Shown here one piece after another: positions 62,605 through 64,000 of a stretch of 64,000 bases of DNA; the first letter of the stretch is position 1; each line of letters begins with the position of its first letter. A model generated the notes under the pieces. That model was not told where the DNA came from. It was given only the letters and a program-made list of their open reading frames with translations, and ran no database searches. Source of the stretch: Chloroflexota bacterium (GTDB lineage: Bacteria > Chloroflexota > Dehalococcoidia > DSTF01 > RBG-16-68-14); assembly GCA_003228685.1 (NCBI GenBank), contig QIFC01000115.1:6028-70027 (forward strand). The letters are read 5' to 3'. The translations under genes were made by a program, and so were the position numbers.

Positions 62605-64000
62605 CTAGCTAGCAACGCAGCTATGGTTGAACTGCAAAATGACGCCCAGTATGTCGTTCGCCAGGTCGATGACGCCGTCCGGCGGACCCATGTTCCAGGT
62701 GTTCGCGCCGATCTGCGGTCCTCGGTCGAACCGCACATCGTACTCTGGCTCTGTACCGAGGGGCGCGAAGCGCACGATCACGCCTAGGATGTCGTTCGCC
62801 AAGTCGATGACGCCGTCGGTCGGCAACGCCGCGCCCGGGCCGAGCACGTCGTAGAAGTCGTACGGGTTGAGCGGGTCCCGGAGGCCGCCGACGTGCTGTG
62901 CTTCCTTGGGGCCGGCACCGTCAGGATCGTCTTCGTTGAGTTCCGTGCTGTCCGTACAGCCGTCCGCGTCCGTGTCAGGGAATAGCGGGCTGGTACCGTG
63001 GATGAGCACTTCGTCGCCGTCCGACAGCGCGTCGCCGTCGTGGTCGGCGTCAATGTAGCTCGTGCCAAGTTCAATCTCGAGGTGGTCCTTGAGGCCGTCG
63101 CCGTCGGTGTCGGGACAGGTGAGGCCGACGTCGAGGTCGGTCACCGGCGGCGGGATAGTGACGACGATACTCTCCTCGGTCGAGCAGCCGGGCTTGCTGA
63201 CGATCACCTTGTAGTCGCCGGGAGCGACGTCCCAGGCATAGCGCCCATCCTCTCCGGTGACCTGTGGGTTCACCTCAGGATCGAACATGCCGGCGTGGGT
63301 TATCGGGTCCATCTCATCGAACTCGAGCGTCGCCGGGTTCTTGACGAGCAGGCGCACGGTGGCGCCTTCGATCAGGTCCAGCGTGTCGATATCGAAAATG
63401 TCGCCGCTCGGGTCGATCAGGGTGATGCCGAAATCATCTAACGGAGAATCATCATCGAAGATCTCCACGATCGGCGTGTCGCCGGGTTTCCATGCCGTTG
63501 GTATGGTGAACATGTACTCCCATCGGAGACCGTCGCCGTTGACGTCGGTCATGGCGTCAGGGCCCAGGACGGGCGGGTTCGATGCGGTGATGCTGATCGT
63601 CACATTGCTTGTAGTCGAAGGCGGCTTGTATGAGAGCGTCACGTCCCGCCCACGGATACCCTGGAGGGAACCGTCCGGAGCGGGCGAAGTGCCGGTATCC
63701 ACGTCGACTCCTGGTGGCGGGAACCCGGCGCAGTCGCTGTCATCGCCGTCTGTGTCGCTGTCCAGGTCATTGTCCTGCGCGTCCTCGCACGTACTCGGAA
63801 TGCTAAAGTGCTCCGGCGTGCTGCCATTATCACAAGGGTCGGAGCCGAGCGTGATCTCCTGGCCGTCTCCGAACGTGTCGCTGTCGGTGTCCGCGAGATT
63901 GGGGTCCGTACAGCCGCTGACTTCGAACCCGTCGTTCAGGCCATCGGCATCTGAGTCGTAGAGAAGGGGCGACGTAGGGCCTGAAACTTCAACGGGGTCG
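62605..64000 (-). CDS. secreted protein (5' end outside window): thrombospondin-type-3-like Ca-binding repeats, a CarboxypepD_reg-like beta domain and a double 'DLANDILG' dockerin-like module
   Basis: I translated the frame by hand and it stays open to nt 64000 (..DSDADGLNDGFE..DTDSDTFGDGQE..DSDTDGDDSDC..). It also has DTDGDGLKD, DADHDGDALSDGDE, DTDADGCTD and GATVRLL..DGRYAWDVAPGDYKVIV. The C-terminus is DGVIDLANDILGVIVRF...DGVIDLANDILGVILQF. Confidence 0.75.
   Translation of the reverse strand, partial: DPVEVSGPTSPLLYDSDADGLNDGFEVSGCTDPNLADTDSDTFGDGQEITLGSDPCDNGSTPEHFSIPSTCEDAQDNDLDSDTDGDDSDCAGFPPPGVDVDTGTSPAPDGSLQGIRGRDVTLSYKPPSTTSNVTISITASNPPVLGPDAMTDVNGDGLRWEYMFTIPTAWKPGDTPIVEIFDDDSPLDDFGITLIDPSGDIFDIDTLDLIEGATVRLLVKNPATLEFDEMDPITHAGMFDPEVNPQVTGEDGRYAWDVAPGDYKVIVSKPGCSTEESIVVTIPPPVTDLDVGLTCPDTDGDGLKDHLEIELGTSYIDADHDGDALSDGDEVLIHGTSPLFPDTDADGCTDSTELNEDDPDGAGPKEAQHVGGLRDPLNPYDFYDVLGPGAALPTDGVIDLANDILGVIVRFAPLGTEPEYDVRFDRGPQIGANTWNMGPPDGVIDLANDILGVILQFNHSCVAS

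Noticed and set aside
62590-62615. gctagctagc palindrome at the convergent gene junction 62601/62605 as a regulatory site.
   Set aside because: It is only 10 nt, overlaps both stop codons, and is explained by tandem TAG/CTA stops. It is too short to support a claim.
1-64000. Prophage, integrative element, toxin-antitoxin or defence island.
   Set aside because: I recognised no integrase, transposase, recombinase, phage structural, restriction-modification, Cas or abortive-infection signatures in any frame. The only compositional anomaly is the small tfoX-like gene next to the tRNA-Ser pair.

Overview
High-GC bacterial chromosomal segment with strong GGAGG-type Shine-Dalgarno sites. The lineage is probably a monoderm high-GC one (Chloroflexota- or Actinomycetota-like), but I cannot place it from sequence alone. 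I found no transposase, integrase, CRISPR array or rRNA. Nt 1-15.9 kb is housekeeping: gyrA, thiL, tsaE, tsaB, ndk, rsfS, mnmA and two tandem tRNA-Ser genes. Nt 15.9-23.7 kb is an acyl-CoA metabolism cluster whose gene content resembles the lva (levulinate / 4-hydroxy-acid) pathway. The standout region is nt 26.4-49.4 kb. It holds two sortase paralogs flanking a DUF3105 gene, followed by nine consecutive minus-strand genes for secreted proteins. These proteins are built almost only from cohesin-like beta modules, Pro/Thr linkers and C-terminal dockerin-like Ca-loop duplications. One is a 1831-aa scaffoldin-like protein with 7 tandem cohesin modules plus 1 divergent one, its own dockerin-like module, a roughly 200-aa PT stalk and an LPDTG sorting signal. 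I recognise no glycoside hydrolase, CBM, protease or SLH module, so this looks like a sortase-anchored cohesin-dockerin surface assembly with non-enzymatic cargo. I consider it the candidate novel system. Two further genes with the same dockerin variant lie at 58.5-59.4 kb and 62.6 kb to the window edge. The rest includes an orphan nuoB, a NiSOD (sodN) plus its maturation protease (sodX), crotonases, MBL hydrolases, a large polytopic membrane protein and a MutY-like glycosylase. Two genes (gyrA and a hypothetical at 23.8-24.4 kb) each carry an apparent 1-nt deletion frameshift in GC-rich runs, which suggests assembly errors. All domain calls rest on motifs read by eye in the ORF translations. 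No database search was run.
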